Source: Spirochaetaceae bacterium UBA4077 (GTDB lineage: Bacteria; Spirochaetota; Spirochaetia; Treponematales; Rectinemataceae). Taken from it: a stretch of 64,000 nucleotides of DNA. Shown piece by piece: positions 9,598-19,833 of this stretch. Position numbers and translations under genes: made by a program. The stretch is from the NCBI GenBank assembly GCA_002383375.1, contig DFYR01000040.1, positions 5,522 through 69,521 of the forward strand, read 5' to 3'. Within the stretch, counting starts at the first letter, position 1; every line of letters starts with the position of its first letter. The notes under the pieces were generated by a model, which searched no databases, was not told the origin of the DNA, and saw nothing but the letters and a program-made list of their open reading frames with translations.

Positions 9598-11088
9598 ATG
9601 AAGAAAAGAATCATTCTCGGCCTACTCGTTCTGGCGCTGGTGTTCGCCACCGGCAGCGCCTTCGCCCAGGGCAAGGGGATCCTCAACTTCGGGCTGTCGG
9701 GCAACCCCGACACCCTGGATCCTCACAAGACTTCGGGAACCCTGACCTTCCAGGTGCTCAAGAGCTTCTACGACACCCTCATCGAGCCTGACCAGAAGGG
9801 CAACCTGGTCCCCGCCCTGGCGGAGAGCTGGACAGCCTCGGCGGACAGCAAGACCTGGACCTTCAAGCTGAGGAAGGACGTGGTATTCCACAACGGCCAG
9901 AAGTTCAGCGCCAAGGACGTCAAGGCAACCTTGGAGCGGATCAAGGCCAAGGAAACCGCTTCGCCCAAGGCTGGCGAGTTCGCGGTAATCCAGAGTATCG
10001 AAACGCCGGATGACTACACGGTAGTGTTCAAGCTAGGCTCTGCCTATACACCCTTCTTGGCCAGCTTGGCCTCGGGTTGGGGAGCCATCCTCCCCTCCGG
10101 ACTCATCGCTTCTGGTCATAATTTCGCCTCCGAGCCCGTGGGCACCGGTCCCTTCAAGTTCGAGAAATGGGTGAGGGACAACAAGATCACCATGACCAGG
10201 AACGACAACTACTGGATGAAGGGCTTGCCCAAGCTTCTTGCGGTAGAGTTCGACATAATTCCCGAACGGGCCGTGCAGGTGCAGGGTCTGCTCTCCGGCG
10301 CCATCGAGGCTGTGGAGTTCGTCGATCCCGAGGACCTCCCCATATTCGAAGGCAACAGCAAGGTCACCATCAAGAAGGAACTGTCATCCCTCATCATGGT
10401 AATGGGCATCAACAATTCCAGGCCTCCCCTGGACGACCTGAGGGTGCGCCAGGCAATAACCTATGCCATCGACAAGCAGACGGTCATGGACGTGGCCTAT
10501 GGCGGCGGTAAGGTGGGCACTACCTTCCTGGACACCGGCAACGCCTACTACACCGACTTCCCCTACTACCCCTACAACCCCGAAAAGGCCAAGGCCCTCT
10601 TAAAGGAAGCCGGCGTCGGGAACAAGGAATTCACCATTGCCGTGCCCCAGAACTATGCCCTCCATGTCAAGGCTGCCGAGCTCTATCAGCAGATGCTGGA
10701 GAAGGTTGGCATGAACGTGAAGCTCCAGCTGGTGGACTGGTCCACCTGGCTCTCGTCGGTCTATACCGGCGGCAACTATGACCTGACCGTCACCGGCCAT
10801 ACCGGCAAGCTCGATCCCGACGGCACCCTGGCCGGCTACGGCGGCGGCAAGTACGTCAAGTGGATGAACGCACCGGTTCTGGAGAAGATCAAGAAAGCGG
10901 TGACGATTTCGGACTTCGCCGAGCGCAAGAAGCTTTACACTGAGGTGCTGGACACCATGGCCAAGGAAGTTCCTCATTTCTACCTCGGGACCTCCTACCG
11001 CTACGCTGCCACCAGATCGAACGTCGTCGATTTCAGGATGACCCCGAACATCGACACCTTCGATTTCAGATGGACAGAGTTGAAGTAA
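9598..11088 (+). CDS. ABC transporter substrate-binding protein, family 5 (peptide/nickel/opine type)
   Basis: Signal peptide MKKRIILGLLVLALVFATGSAFA, and GGAG before the ATG at 9598. The SBP sits between the ATPases and the second permease (order B-D-F-A-C). Confidence 0.9.
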   Translation: MKKRIILGLLVLALVFATGSAFAQGKGILNFGLSGNPDTLDPHKTSGTLTFQVLKSFYDTLIEPDQKGNLVPALAESWTASADSKTWTFKLRKDVVFHNGQKFSAKDVKATLERIKAKETASPKAGEFAVIQSIETPDDYTVVFKLGSAYTPFLASLASGWGAILPSGLIASGHNFASEPVGTGPFKFEKWVRDNKITMTRNDNYWMKGLPKLLAVEFDIIPERAVQVQGLLSGAIEAVEFVDPEDLPIFEGNSKVTIKKELSSLIMVMGINNSRPPLDDLRVRQAITYAIDKQTVMDVAYGGGKVGTTFLDTGNAYYTDFPYYPYNPEKAKALLKEAGVGNKEFTIAVPQNYALHVKAAELYQQMLEKVGMNVKLQLVDWSTWLSSVYTGGNYDLTVTGHTGKLDPDGTLAGYGGGKYVKWMNAPVLEKIKKAVTISDFAERKKLYTEVLDTMAKEVPHFYLGTSYRYAATRSNVVDFRMTPNIDTFDFRWTELK

Positions 11089-11089
11089 T

Positions 11090-11920
11090 ATGATTGCGGC
11101 CCGCAAATCGCAGACGATCCTCTTTTCCCTGGCTGTCCTCTTTCTGCTTGTACTGGTGGCGGCTGCAATAGCCGCCCCGCTGGTGGCTCCCTACAACCCC
11201 ACGGAGCAGTTCCTGAGCAAGCGCTTCAAGGCGCCTACGCTGGAAAACCTCCTGGGTACCGACAATTACGGCAGGGATGTGCTTTCGAGGATTATCTACG
11301 GATCCAGGTCAGCCCTCATCGTGGGCATCGTCACCGTATCCATCGCCCTGACCTTGGGCGGCACGATAGGGCTCCTGGCGGGCCTGGGCTCGCCCAATCT
11401 GGACAGCGTCCTCATGCTGTTCATGGATTCGATTCTTTCCTTCCCGACGATTCTCCTGGCGATCACGGTGGTGTCCTTCCTGGGCTACGGCCTGGTGCAG
11501 GTGATGCTCGCCCTGGGCATCATATCCAGCCCCGTGTTCGCCAGGCTCGTCAGGGCTGAGACCTTGGCCATCAAGGGCGAGGGCTACGTGGAAGCGGCCC
11601 GCGCCCTGGGCACGCCGGTGGTCAAGATCGTCTTCAAGCACATAATTCCCAATATTCTGGGCAAGGTGGTGGTCCAGTGCTCCATCGTCTTCGCCCTTTC
11701 CATCGTCACCGAGGCATCCCTTTCCTACCTCGGGGTGGGCACCCAGCCCCCCGAGGCGAGCTGGGGCTTGATGCTCAAGGACGCCAGGAATTATCTGGTC
11801 CAAGCTCCCTGGCTGGCCATCTATCCCGGCCTGGTGCTGGCCTTAACCGTTCTGTCCTTCAACATCATCGGAGACACTTTGTCGGAGCGCCTGAACCCCA
11901 GGCTGACCGGATCCTCTTAG
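11090..11920 (+). CDS. ABC transporter permease (DppC/OppC type)
   Basis: BPD_transp_1 permease with GYVEAARALGTPVVKIVFKHIIPN. Confidence 0.9.
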   Translation: MIAARKSQTILFSLAVLFLLVLVAAAIAAPLVAPYNPTEQFLSKRFKAPTLENLLGTDNYGRDVLSRIIYGSRSALIVGIVTVSIALTLGGTIGLLAGLGSPNLDSVLMLFMDSILSFPTILLAITVVSFLGYGLVQVMLALGIISSPVFARLVRAETLAIKGEGYVEAARALGTPVVKIVFKHIIPNILGKVVVQCSIVFALSIVTEASLSYLGVGTQPPEASWGLMLKDARNYLVQAPWLAIYPGLVLALTVLSFNIIGDTLSERLNPRLTGSS

Positions 11921-11936
11921 GCTCTGGGGGCGGCTG

Positions 11937-12926
11937 GTGGGTGTTCGCATTGGGTTTATTTCTGATATTCATGTCGATCTGAACAGGATCAAGGGCGAGG
12001 ACCTGGTAACCGGACTCCTCGCCCGGGAATCCCATAAGCGCAAGCTGGATATTCTTCTTGTCGCTGGAGATCTTTCCTCTGACTATGCGCTAACCCTCAA
12101 AACAATAGCGGCGCTGGAAGCCGAGTCTGGAGTTCGGGTTCTCTTTGTGCCGGGCAACCACGATATCTGGAATGAAAATTATCCGGGGTGCAAGGCCTGG
12201 GATAGCTACAACGCCCTGCTGGAGAATCCAGGCAATCTGGCCCGGGGACCGGTATCGCTGGCTGAGGGCTGGACGATAGTGGGCGACCTGGGCTGGTACG
12301 ACTTTGCCTATGGTGATCCTTCTTTTAGTCTGGCAGAATTCCAGAAAATGAAGCATGGCGGCCGCACCTGGCAGGATAAGATAAAGTCCATCTGGGACAG
12401 ACCCACCCTTGATATGCACCGGCTTTTCCTGCAGCGGCTGGAAGCGAGTCTCGCGAAGGCAGCCGACGCGATTGAGACTAGGGAAGCGGACGGCTCAGGC
12501 ACCTCAGGCGGTGCTATAAACGATGTGAGCGTAGGAGCGGGCTTCACCACGAGCGCCTTAGGTGGCTCAAGCCCCTCAGTCGACTCAGGCGCTTTAGTAG
12601 ACGCTGCCCAGCGGAAGGTGATTTTCGTCACCCACGTGGTCCAGATACGGGAGTTCACCGTCCAAAATCCGGGGCCTCAGTGGAAATACTTCAACGCCTT
12701 CCTCGGTAGCCCTGAGTACGGCGAGCTTGCCTTGCGCCACGGGGCGAAGCTGGCGGTCTGCGGCCACATCCATTACCGTCGCCAGGTCATGAAGGGCGAG
12801 ACCCGATTCGTCTGCCCCTGCCTTGGATATGTGACCGAATGGCCGGCGCCGGCCGATCCGGAAAAGCAGATAGCCGAAACACTTCAGGTTTTTGAACTTG
12901 GGCCGCTGGGAGCGATACCTCTTTAA
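11937..12926 (+). CDS. metallophosphoesterase (calcineurin-like)
   Basis: Motifs SDIHVD, AGDLS, GNHD and CGHIH. GTG start. It contains a roughly 50-aa Gly/Ser/Ala-rich insert. Confidence 0.8.
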   Translation: MGVRIGFISDIHVDLNRIKGEDLVTGLLARESHKRKLDILLVAGDLSSDYALTLKTIAALEAESGVRVLFVPGNHDIWNENYPGCKAWDSYNALLENPGNLARGPVSLAEGWTIVGDLGWYDFAYGDPSFSLAEFQKMKHGGRTWQDKIKSIWDRPTLDMHRLFLQRLEASLAKAADAIETREADGSGTSGGAINDVSVGAGFTTSALGGSSPSVDSGALVDAAQRKVIFVTHVVQIREFTVQNPGPQWKYFNAFLGSPEYGELALRHGAKLAVCGHIHYRRQVMKGETRFVCPCLGYVTEWPAPADPEKQIAETLQVFELGPLGAIPL

Positions 12927-12987
12927 CGATTGAATAGGTAGACGGCGGCAAGGTATCATTCGGTGTAAAATTCCGGAGGAAAAATCC

Positions 12988-14748
12988 TTGAGTCCCAACC
13001 CATTCGTCTCGAAGCCCAAGCTCGCGATCTTCGTCGGGTATTACAAGCCTCATCTGCGCCTTTTCCTCCTGGACATGGGCTGCGCCTTCCTCATTTCCCT
13101 CATCGATCTGAGCTTTCCCCTGGTTTCCCGATTTTCTCTCAACACCCTCATACCCCAAAAAGCCTGGGGGCTATTCGCTATCCTGGTGGGGGTGGTGGCG
13201 GCTGCTTTTGTCGTCAGAGGATTCCTTCATTATATAGTGACGTATTGGGGTCATCTTTTAGGGGTGCGGATGGAGACGGACATCAGGCGGGATCTCTTCG
13301 TCCATCTGCAGAAGCTGCCTTTTTCGTTCTACGACAAGACGAGGACCGGCCACCTGATGTCCAGGGTCGTGAGCGATCTTTTCGAAATCGTGGAGCTGGC
13401 CCATCACGGGCCCGAGGACCTTTTCATATCCGCCGTCACCCTCACGGGTTCATTCATCGCCATGACCTTCATCTGGTGGCCCCTGGCCGCGGTGCTGGCG
13501 ATCTTCGTGCCCGCTATTGTGGTCTTCACCGCGAGGCGGAGAAAGGTCCTGACCAAGACGGCCCTGGAAGTGAAGCAGAAAACCGCGGGCATAAACGCCA
13601 ACCTTGAGAGTTCGATCTCGGGAGTGCGGGAGACCAAGGCCTTCGCCAATGAGGACTACGAGGTCGAGAAATTCCTGGAAGGCAACGGCCGGTACCGCCA
13701 GGCTCGGGGCAGTTATTACAGGGCCATGGGCGTCTTCCACGGGGGCATGGAGTTCGCCACCAGCATTCTCCACATAATCGTTTTAGCCCTGGGGGGCTAC
13801 TGGGTGATGAAAGGCAGTATGAACTATGCAGACCTGATCGCCTTCACCATCTACGTAAGTACCTTCCTGCAGCCCATCAAGCGGCTGGTGTCCTTTTTCG
13901 AGCAGTACTCCACAGGCATGGCTGGGTTCGATCGCTTCGTGGAGCTGATGCGGGTGGAACCGGACATTCAGGACAGGCCTGGGGCTATCGAACTGGAGAA
14001 TCCCCGGGGCGAGATCGAGCTTGAGGATGTTTCCTTCTCCTATAACGATTCGGTGTGCGTGCTGTCGGGCATAAATCTGAAGATCCGGGCGGGGATGAAG
14101 CTGGCCATCGTCGGTCCCTCGGGGGGCGGAAAGACGACCCTCTGCAGGCTTATCCCGCGATTTTACGAGATCCAGGGCGGCTCGATAAAAATCGACGGTA
14201 GGGATATACGGGACCTGAGCCTTGCATCCTTGCGGGAAAATATCGGCATTGTGCAGCAGGATGTATTTCTCTTCGCGGATACGATAAAGGAAAATATCCG
14301 CTACGGCAGGCTAGGCGCGACGGACGAGGAGATAGTGGCCGCCGCCAAGCGGGCTAATATCCACGAGTTCGTGCTCACCCTCCCCCAGGGCTACGATACC
14401 TACGTGGGCGAGCGGGGCGTGATGCTTTCGGGCGGGCAGAAGCAGCGGATTAGCATAGCCAGGATCTTCCTCAAGAATCCGCCGATCCTGATCTTAGACG
14501 AGGCGACAAGCGCCCTGGACACGGCTACGGAGCTGGCTATCCAGCATTCACTGGAAGAGCTGATGGAAGGACGGACCAGCCTGGTGATCGCCCACAGGCT
14601 TTCGACTATCAGAGACGCGGACGAGATTATCTACATCGATGACGAAGGTATACGAGAGCAGGGAACCCATAAGGAGTTGCTGGAGGCTGAGGGGGCTTAT
14701 GCCGCCCTGTATAAGGCCCAATTCGGGGACTTGGCGCCGTTGGCCTGA
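12988..14748 (+). CDS. ABC exporter, fused permease/ATPase (MsbA/multidrug type)
   Basis: Six-TM N-terminal domain, Walker A GPSGGGKTT, LSGGQKQRISIAR, ILILDEATSALD. TTG start in the track; the exact start is uncertain. Confidence 0.9.
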   Translation: MSPNPFVSKPKLAIFVGYYKPHLRLFLLDMGCAFLISLIDLSFPLVSRFSLNTLIPQKAWGLFAILVGVVAAAFVVRGFLHYIVTYWGHLLGVRMETDIRRDLFVHLQKLPFSFYDKTRTGHLMSRVVSDLFEIVELAHHGPEDLFISAVTLTGSFIAMTFIWWPLAAVLAIFVPAIVVFTARRRKVLTKTALEVKQKTAGINANLESSISGVRETKAFANEDYEVEKFLEGNGRYRQARGSYYRAMGVFHGGMEFATSILHIIVLALGGYWVMKGSMNYADLIAFTIYVSTFLQPIKRLVSFFEQYSTGMAGFDRFVELMRVEPDIQDRPGAIELENPRGEIELEDVSFSYNDSVCVLSGINLKIRAGMKLAIVGPSGGGKTTLCRLIPRFYEIQGGSIKIDGRDIRDLSLASLRENIGIVQQDVFLFADTIKENIRYGRLGATDEEIVAAAKRANIHEFVLTLPQGYDTYVGERGVMLSGGQKQRISIARIFLKNPPILILDEATSALDTATELAIQHSLEELMEGRTSLVIAHRLSTIRDADEIIYIDDEGIREQGTHKELLEAEGAYAALYKAQFGDLAPLA

Positions 14749-14793
14749 TTTGCCTTTAGATTTCATGCGTGGCAGCTCGCTGCGCCTTGGATT

Positions 14794-16239
14794 TTAGTCG
14801 GTTTCGGTCTTTTGGGACGTTGTGCGATATCGTAGGTTTTTAATACTGAGAGAGCGCAGAATTTTCCCAAGCCGCTCCAAGAAAAACTTGGCAGGGCTGA
14901 AGCCGGCGCTCAGCTGGTTCAGCCTTGCCAATCGGTTGTACGCCGCTGTATCTGAGGAGGCATAGGCTGTCCGCCTGTCTTCTGCTGCCTCATCTGAAAA
15001 GGCGGAGCTTGCCAAACCTGAGCCATACACTTCTTTCTCCACTTCCGCGACGATGGGAAGGGCCCTGTCTTTAGCCGCATCGAAGCAAGCCTCGAGGCGG
15101 AGGGCGTATTCCCGGGGAGTTTCGGTCACTGCGCGGGGAGCGCCGCCGGCGCGGCCTGCGGCCAGTACGCGGCGGTAGGCTTCCAGGGCGGGACTCAGGC
15201 CGCGCCGGCGCCTTAGGCGCCCTAAAAGTTTTTTAAGAAACCTCCGCAAGGCCTGCCAGAATGCCCGCAGCAGGGCGAACAGCGACCGCCCCTTCGGAGC
15301 AGCCGAGCTTGGCCTGGTTTTCCCCGAGAGGAATTTTATCAACATCGAAACGAGCAGAATCAGGACAGCAACAGCAACGAGGCTCAACACGGCGATGAGA
15401 ATCCACATAAGCACGGCGGGCATTCCCTGTTGACCTATTTCCTCGGCCATCTGCACAGCCCCTCCACCAGTATCTGACATTTCGCCAAACCTTGGGGGTC
15501 CTTTGCGGGCAAAAAGCCAGACAAGAATAGCGGCGATTATGTTCACTATGGACAAAGAAAACTCTTTTAGGCTTGAAGCCGCCACCTTGGCAGGCTCTAT
15601 AAGGGAAGGGATAAGCAGGGCTAGTCCAAGAGCCCCGAGCACAAAAACACCGGCGGTGGAAGCGATCATCGCCCCCCTGGATCTGCCAGAAAGACCACCT
15701 CTTCGGTTTTCGTCCGCATTGGAAGTCCCTAGCGCAAGAATTCCGAATACGAAGTAAGGAATCGCCAGCCTGGCCGGCAAGGTATTCTCTAGTTTGATGA
15801 GCACCGTGAAAAACAGACACAGCATGAAAAGCAGAATGCCCTCGTCGAAGCGCAGAGCTGTGAATTCGTGCTCGGAGCCTTGTTTCAGGATCCAAAGCCC
15901 CCTGAGCCAATAGAGCGCCAATACCCCCAGGAGGATGAAAAAGGAGAGGCTCGCTGGTTTCCCCAGAGGAAAAAGCGCTGCCACAGCTACCGGGTTCCCT
16001 AGTGTTAGCAGGAAGATTAAATAGAACGAAGCGGCGAAAACCGCCAGATGTACTAGAAAGTAAAAGAAAACCCGCCTGCTTTTCCTGGCGAGGATCCTGT
16101 CGGTGCCCAGGGCGATCGCATAGGCAAGGCTCAAGGGCGCCAGCGGAAGGCTTTGCCCTGCTATCAGAAATAAAAAGGATGAAAGGCAGTGCAGTTTGAT
16201 CAGCTCCATGGCCGACAGAAAGACGAGGGATATTTTCAT
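14794..16239 (-). CDS. polytopic membrane protein with C-terminal DUF4129-like domain
   Basis: Many hydrophobic helices, then an Arg-rich linker and the ETPREYALRLE block typical of DUF4129. The start at 16239 overlaps the DUF58 stop (ATGA). Confidence 0.7.
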   Translation of the reverse strand: MKISLVFLSAMELIKLHCLSSFLFLIAGQSLPLAPLSLAYAIALGTDRILARKSRRVFFYFLVHLAVFAASFYLIFLLTLGNPVAVAALFPLGKPASLSFFILLGVLALYWLRGLWILKQGSEHEFTALRFDEGILLFMLCLFFTVLIKLENTLPARLAIPYFVFGILALGTSNADENRRGGLSGRSRGAMIASTAGVFVLGALGLALLIPSLIEPAKVAASSLKEFSLSIVNIIAAILVWLFARKGPPRFGEMSDTGGGAVQMAEEIGQQGMPAVLMWILIAVLSLVAVAVLILLVSMLIKFLSGKTRPSSAAPKGRSLFALLRAFWQALRRFLKKLLGRLRRRRGLSPALEAYRRVLAAGRAGGAPRAVTETPREYALRLEACFDAAKDRALPIVAEVEKEVYGSGLASSAFSDEAAEDRRTAYASSDTAAYNRLARLNQLSAGFSPAKFFLERLGKILRSLSIKNLRYRTTSQKTETD

Positions 16240-17459
16240 AACTCGTCCCTTTTTTGCCCATGCTCCGCTTCGCTGCCGTCTTCGTCGCCGCCAGATCCGA
16301 GAAGCTCCTTGAAGCTGCAAGAGCGGTAGGCATGGCCGGTCTTGTCGGGGCTGTGTTTAGAAAAAACGAAAAAAAGCCGCTCCTGCCTGAAGGGCGAGGG
16401 AGGCAGGAATTTTTTGATCGAGTCACCGGCTTCTCTGGCAATGACCACGAATTCGGCGCCTTGGGGGCTTAAGAGGGGTATCAGCTGGGCTAGAGTCTGG
16501 CCGAAGGAAAATTGGCAGCGTGCGAGGAGCTCCAGGGTCGAGCCCAAATGATCGGGCCCTCTTCCCAGAGGGAGGATCGGGGAAAAACTCCCCAGCGCGC
16601 GGTCGGTGGCTACCGAAAAATAGGCGTCGCTCTCGGCAAAGGCCGACGCCAGGGAGGCGGCGATCTCCAGAGCTCGCTCAAAGCCCTCCCTGTCCTCGGT
16701 TTTGGCAAAGCCCGCCCCATCCACCAGGATTAAAATCTTTCGCTGGGTGCTGGGTTGAAAAACCTTTTCCTGGAGTTGATTTAGTCGCGCGCTGGCCTTC
16801 CAGTGAATCGCCCTGGCCGATCGGTTGCCAGTGTATTCCCTTGTGCCTTCGTACCAGGCGGGGTCTTCCACGAGTCCTTCGGTCGTTCTGGCGCCGAAAT
16901 ACTCCCGGAAGGGAAGATCCAGGGGGTGGAGAGGCAGAAGCCGCGGGTAGACGATTATCTCCTGATCCAGGACTATGCGTTTTTCCCTTCGGTAGAGGTT
17001 GAGAATATCCCCGGCGCTGAGCTTGGCTGGGCCAAGGCTGTAGACGCCCCGCCTATCGGCCTTGAAGCGCCAGGTTCCCTGCAGTTTTTCATAGGGAAGG
17101 AGGGTGCTCTCGCCCTGGACTCCCTCCTCCAAAAGAGGAACAAGGGCATCGGGTCTGTCCAGGCTTATCCGAAGCCATACAGGGAGTATCTTGGCGTTGT
17201 GTATTTTCGCCTTCAAATCGAATTCTTCTCCCCTGAAAAGGCGACGGGCACCCAATTCAAATATGATATGTACATTGGCCAGACCCAAGCGCCCGTTTAA
17301 TCGCAGCGCCATCATTAAAACGAGAGCGATGGCAGAAAAACGGGCTAGGGCTTCCGAGGCCTTGGCTGCGGCGAAGAAGGCGACGAGCCCCAGGAATACC
17401 AGGGATAAAGGTATGACGAAGTAGCTCGAAACGCTGTAGTCGCTTTTTTTATATTTCAT
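16236..17459 (-). CDS. DUF58 domain protein (vWA-like, MoxR partner)
   Basis: Two N-terminal TM helices, a DUF58 core and a vWA-like strand KILILVDGAGF. This is the usual position directly after moxR. Confidence 0.8.
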   Translation of the reverse strand: MKYKKSDYSVSSYFVIPLSLVFLGLVAFFAAAKASEALARFSAIALVLMMALRLNGRLGLANVHIIFELGARRLFRGEEFDLKAKIHNAKILPVWLRISLDRPDALVPLLEEGVQGESTLLPYEKLQGTWRFKADRRGVYSLGPAKLSAGDILNLYRREKRIVLDQEIIVYPRLLPLHPLDLPFREYFGARTTEGLVEDPAWYEGTREYTGNRSARAIHWKASARLNQLQEKVFQPSTQRKILILVDGAGFAKTEDREGFERALEIAASLASAFAESDAYFSVATDRALGSFSPILPLGRGPDHLGSTLELLARCQFSFGQTLAQLIPLLSPQGAEFVVIAREAGDSIKKFLPPSPFRQERLFFVFSKHSPDKTGHAYRSCSFKELLGSGGDEDGSEAEHGQKRDEL

Positions 17460-17467
17460 CGAAACAC

Positions 17468-18397
17468 TTAGACCGGCGACGGCACGGCCAGGGAAGCGAC
17501 TATCTCGCTTACCACAGCCTCTGCCGTAAGTCCTTTGGCCCGCTCCTCGTTCCGTACGATAATCCTGTGGGGCAGGACCGATCCGGCTAGTTCCTTTACG
17601 TCGTCAGGAAGCACGTAGTTTCGGCCTCGTACCAATGCGAGGGCTTGGGCCGAGCGCGTCAGTCCCAGAGAGCCCCGGGGGCTGGCTCCATAGCGGACCT
17701 TGGGGTGCGTACGCGTGGCACCCACCAGGTCGGTGATATACTCCCGCACCGGCGCCGAGACGAGGACGTTTTTTCGCTCCTGCTGCAGGGCAAGAATGCG
17801 CTCGGGACTGGACACGGCGCTCAGGCTCAGCATGGGATCCTGGCTTATGAAACGCTCCAGGAGGCTCAGTTCCTCTTCCTTTTTTGGATAGCCGATATGG
17901 ATCTTCATGAGAAAACGGTCCAGCTGGGCTTCAGGGAGGGGAAAGGTGCCCTCCAGCTCGATGGGATTCTGTGTGGCTATGACGAAAAAGGGCTTTGGCA
18001 GCTCCAGGGTCCGCCCGTCCACCGTCACCTGCCCTTCACCCATGCTCTCCAATAGGCTCGCCTGGGTTCGGGGGATGGTTCTGTTAATCTCGTCGGCCAA
18101 AAGGACATTGGACATGACCGGGCCCGGATGGAAGACGAATTCTCCGCTTTTCTGGTTGTAAACCGATAACCCTGTCACGTCGGAAGGCAGGAGATCGGGG
18201 GTACACTGGATCCGTTTGAAACTGCCTCCGATGCTCCTGGCCAGGGCCTTTGCCATGAGGGTCTTGCCCAAACCCGGCACGTCTTCCAGAAGAATATGAC
18301 CGCCGGCCAGCAGGGCCACGGTCATCAGTTCGAGGGCTTTGCCCTTGCCGATGATTACCTGGGAAGCATTTTCCACTATCAAAGCGCTTTCGTTCAT
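17468..18397 (-). CDS. MoxR-family AAA+ ATPase
   Basis: Walker A VPGLGKTLMAKALA, Walker B LLADEINR, and about 309 aa, typical of MoxR/RavA-like proteins. Confidence 0.9.
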   Translation of the reverse strand: MNESALIVENASQVIIGKGKALELMTVALLAGGHILLEDVPGLGKTLMAKALARSIGGSFKRIQCTPDLLPSDVTGLSVYNQKSGEFVFHPGPVMSNVLLADEINRTIPRTQASLLESMGEGQVTVDGRTLELPKPFFVIATQNPIELEGTFPLPEAQLDRFLMKIHIGYPKKEEELSLLERFISQDPMLSLSAVSSPERILALQQERKNVLVSAPVREYITDLVGATRTHPKVRYGASPRGSLGLTRSAQALALVRGRNYVLPDDVKELAGSVLPHRIIVRNEERAKGLTAEAVVSEIVASLAVPSPV

Positions 18398-19833
18398 TGT
18401 TTTCCTTCGAGTCGATGCAGTTTTTCGCCCTGGATGCGTTCGGCCTCGGCCAGAACCCGGGTGATATCGATAGTCGTGAATTTGCCGCTTTTATACAAGA
18501 TCTGTCCGTCCACCATGGTGAGGACGATATCGCTGGAATCGGCGGCGAAAAACACCGAAACCAGGGGATCGTAATCCGGCCGCATGCGGGGGGAGTCTAG
18601 GTTGAAGACTATGATGTCGGCCTTCATGCCCTCCTCGAGAGTACCGCAGTCCGTCCTGCCCTGGGCTAGGGCTCCGTTCCGGCTGGCTAGTTCCAGAAGC
18701 TGGGCTGGCCCTAAGGCCAGGGGATCACCGGTGAGTCCTTTCTGGAGCAGGGAGGCCAGATTGGCTTCCTTGAGAAGGTTGAGGTTGTTGTTGCTGGCCG
18801 CCCCGTCGGTGCCCAGGCATACCCGGATGCCCCGGTCGATGATTTTCTGTATCGGCGCCATGCCCGAGGCTAGTTTTAGGTTGCTCACAGGGCAGTGGGC
18901 TAGGCTTATCCCCCGCTCGGCGAAGATATCAAGATCCCTGTCCTCGAGCCAAACCCCGTGGGCTGCTATCGCTGGCACTTCGAAAAGGCCGCAGGAATCG
19001 AAAAAAGCAGTAGGCGTGCAACCCCGTTTAGCCTTGCAGGTTTCGTGTTCGTCCTTTGTCTCGGATAGATGAATCTGGACGCGAAGGCCCTCTCGGCGGC
19101 AGAATTCGGCGATTTCCCTTCCGAAGCGCTCATCGCCGAAGGTGTACTCGGCGTGGACCGCGGCGTCGGGGACGAGGCGTCCGCTTGTATCCGTCCGGGC
19201 AGCTTCCATGAGAAACCTGGTGCCTTCGTATGCCCTGGAATCGGCAAAACCCTTGCTCTTCGGCGCCGTAGAGTAGCCGTGGGAGAGATTGGCCTTGATG
19301 CCGCTCTCGGTAACCGCCTTAGCTATGCCGGGAGTGAGGAGGTACATATCCGAAAATGAAACCGTGCCTGAGGCCAGCATTTCGGCGATGCCCAATAGGC
19401 TACCCCAGTAGCAGTCCTCCTCGGTCAGCAGGGCTTCGAAGGGAAAAATCCGCTCAAAGAGCCAGGTTTTCAAAGGTAGGCCTTCGCCGTAGCCCCGAAG
19501 CAGGGTCATGGGAACATGGCTGTGAAGATTGTAGAAACCCGGCAATGCCAGCTTGCCCCGGCCGTCATAGACTTCGGTTGAATTCCCTAGCCGGGCTGTC
19601 GGGCTTGAGCCGCCGGAGGTCGTGGCGGCTCCGACGGTGCTGGCGGTCTTTGGTGCAGGTGGTCGAGCGGTCCTTGCGGGCTGTACCGCAAGAGGCGCCG
19701 CCACCCCGCCGCTGGGACTGATCGAAACAATCCTATCGTTCTCCACCAGAATGTCCCGGTCCTCCAGCACTTCGCCGGACGCTGCGGCCAGGGCGATGTT
19801 TTTAAAGAGAAAGCGCTTCGGTTCCGGGGGCAT
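18394..19833 (-). CDS. amidohydrolase, 5'-methylthioadenosine/S-adenosylhomocysteine deaminase-like (MtaD family)
   Basis: PGFYNLHSHVPMTLLRGYGEGLPL (HxH metal site with the MtaD-like following block), plus later HLSET and GTDGAASNN blocks. A low-complexity insert lies near the N-terminus. Confidence 0.8.
   Translation of the reverse strand: MPPEPKRFLFKNIALAAASGEVLEDRDILVENDRIVSISPSGGVAAPLAVQPARTARPPAPKTASTVGAATTSGGSSPTARLGNSTEVYDGRGKLALPGFYNLHSHVPMTLLRGYGEGLPLKTWLFERIFPFEALLTEEDCYWGSLLGIAEMLASGTVSFSDMYLLTPGIAKAVTESGIKANLSHGYSTAPKSKGFADSRAYEGTRFLMEAARTDTSGRLVPDAAVHAEYTFGDERFGREIAEFCRREGLRVQIHLSETKDEHETCKAKRGCTPTAFFDSCGLFEVPAIAAHGVWLEDRDLDIFAERGISLAHCPVSNLKLASGMAPIQKIIDRGIRVCLGTDGAASNNNLNLLKEANLASLLQKGLTGDPLALGPAQLLELASRNGALAQGRTDCGTLEEGMKADIIVFNLDSPRMRPDYDPLVSVFFAADSSDIVLTMVDGQILYKSGKFTTIDITRVLAEAERIQGEKLHRLEGKQ

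Noticed and set aside
15233-16441. 402-aa minus-strand ORF overlapping the DUF4129 and DUF58 genes in another frame
   Set aside because: It is an alternative frame of real genes with biased Arg/Ser/Pro/Gly composition and no RBS. It is a frame artefact.
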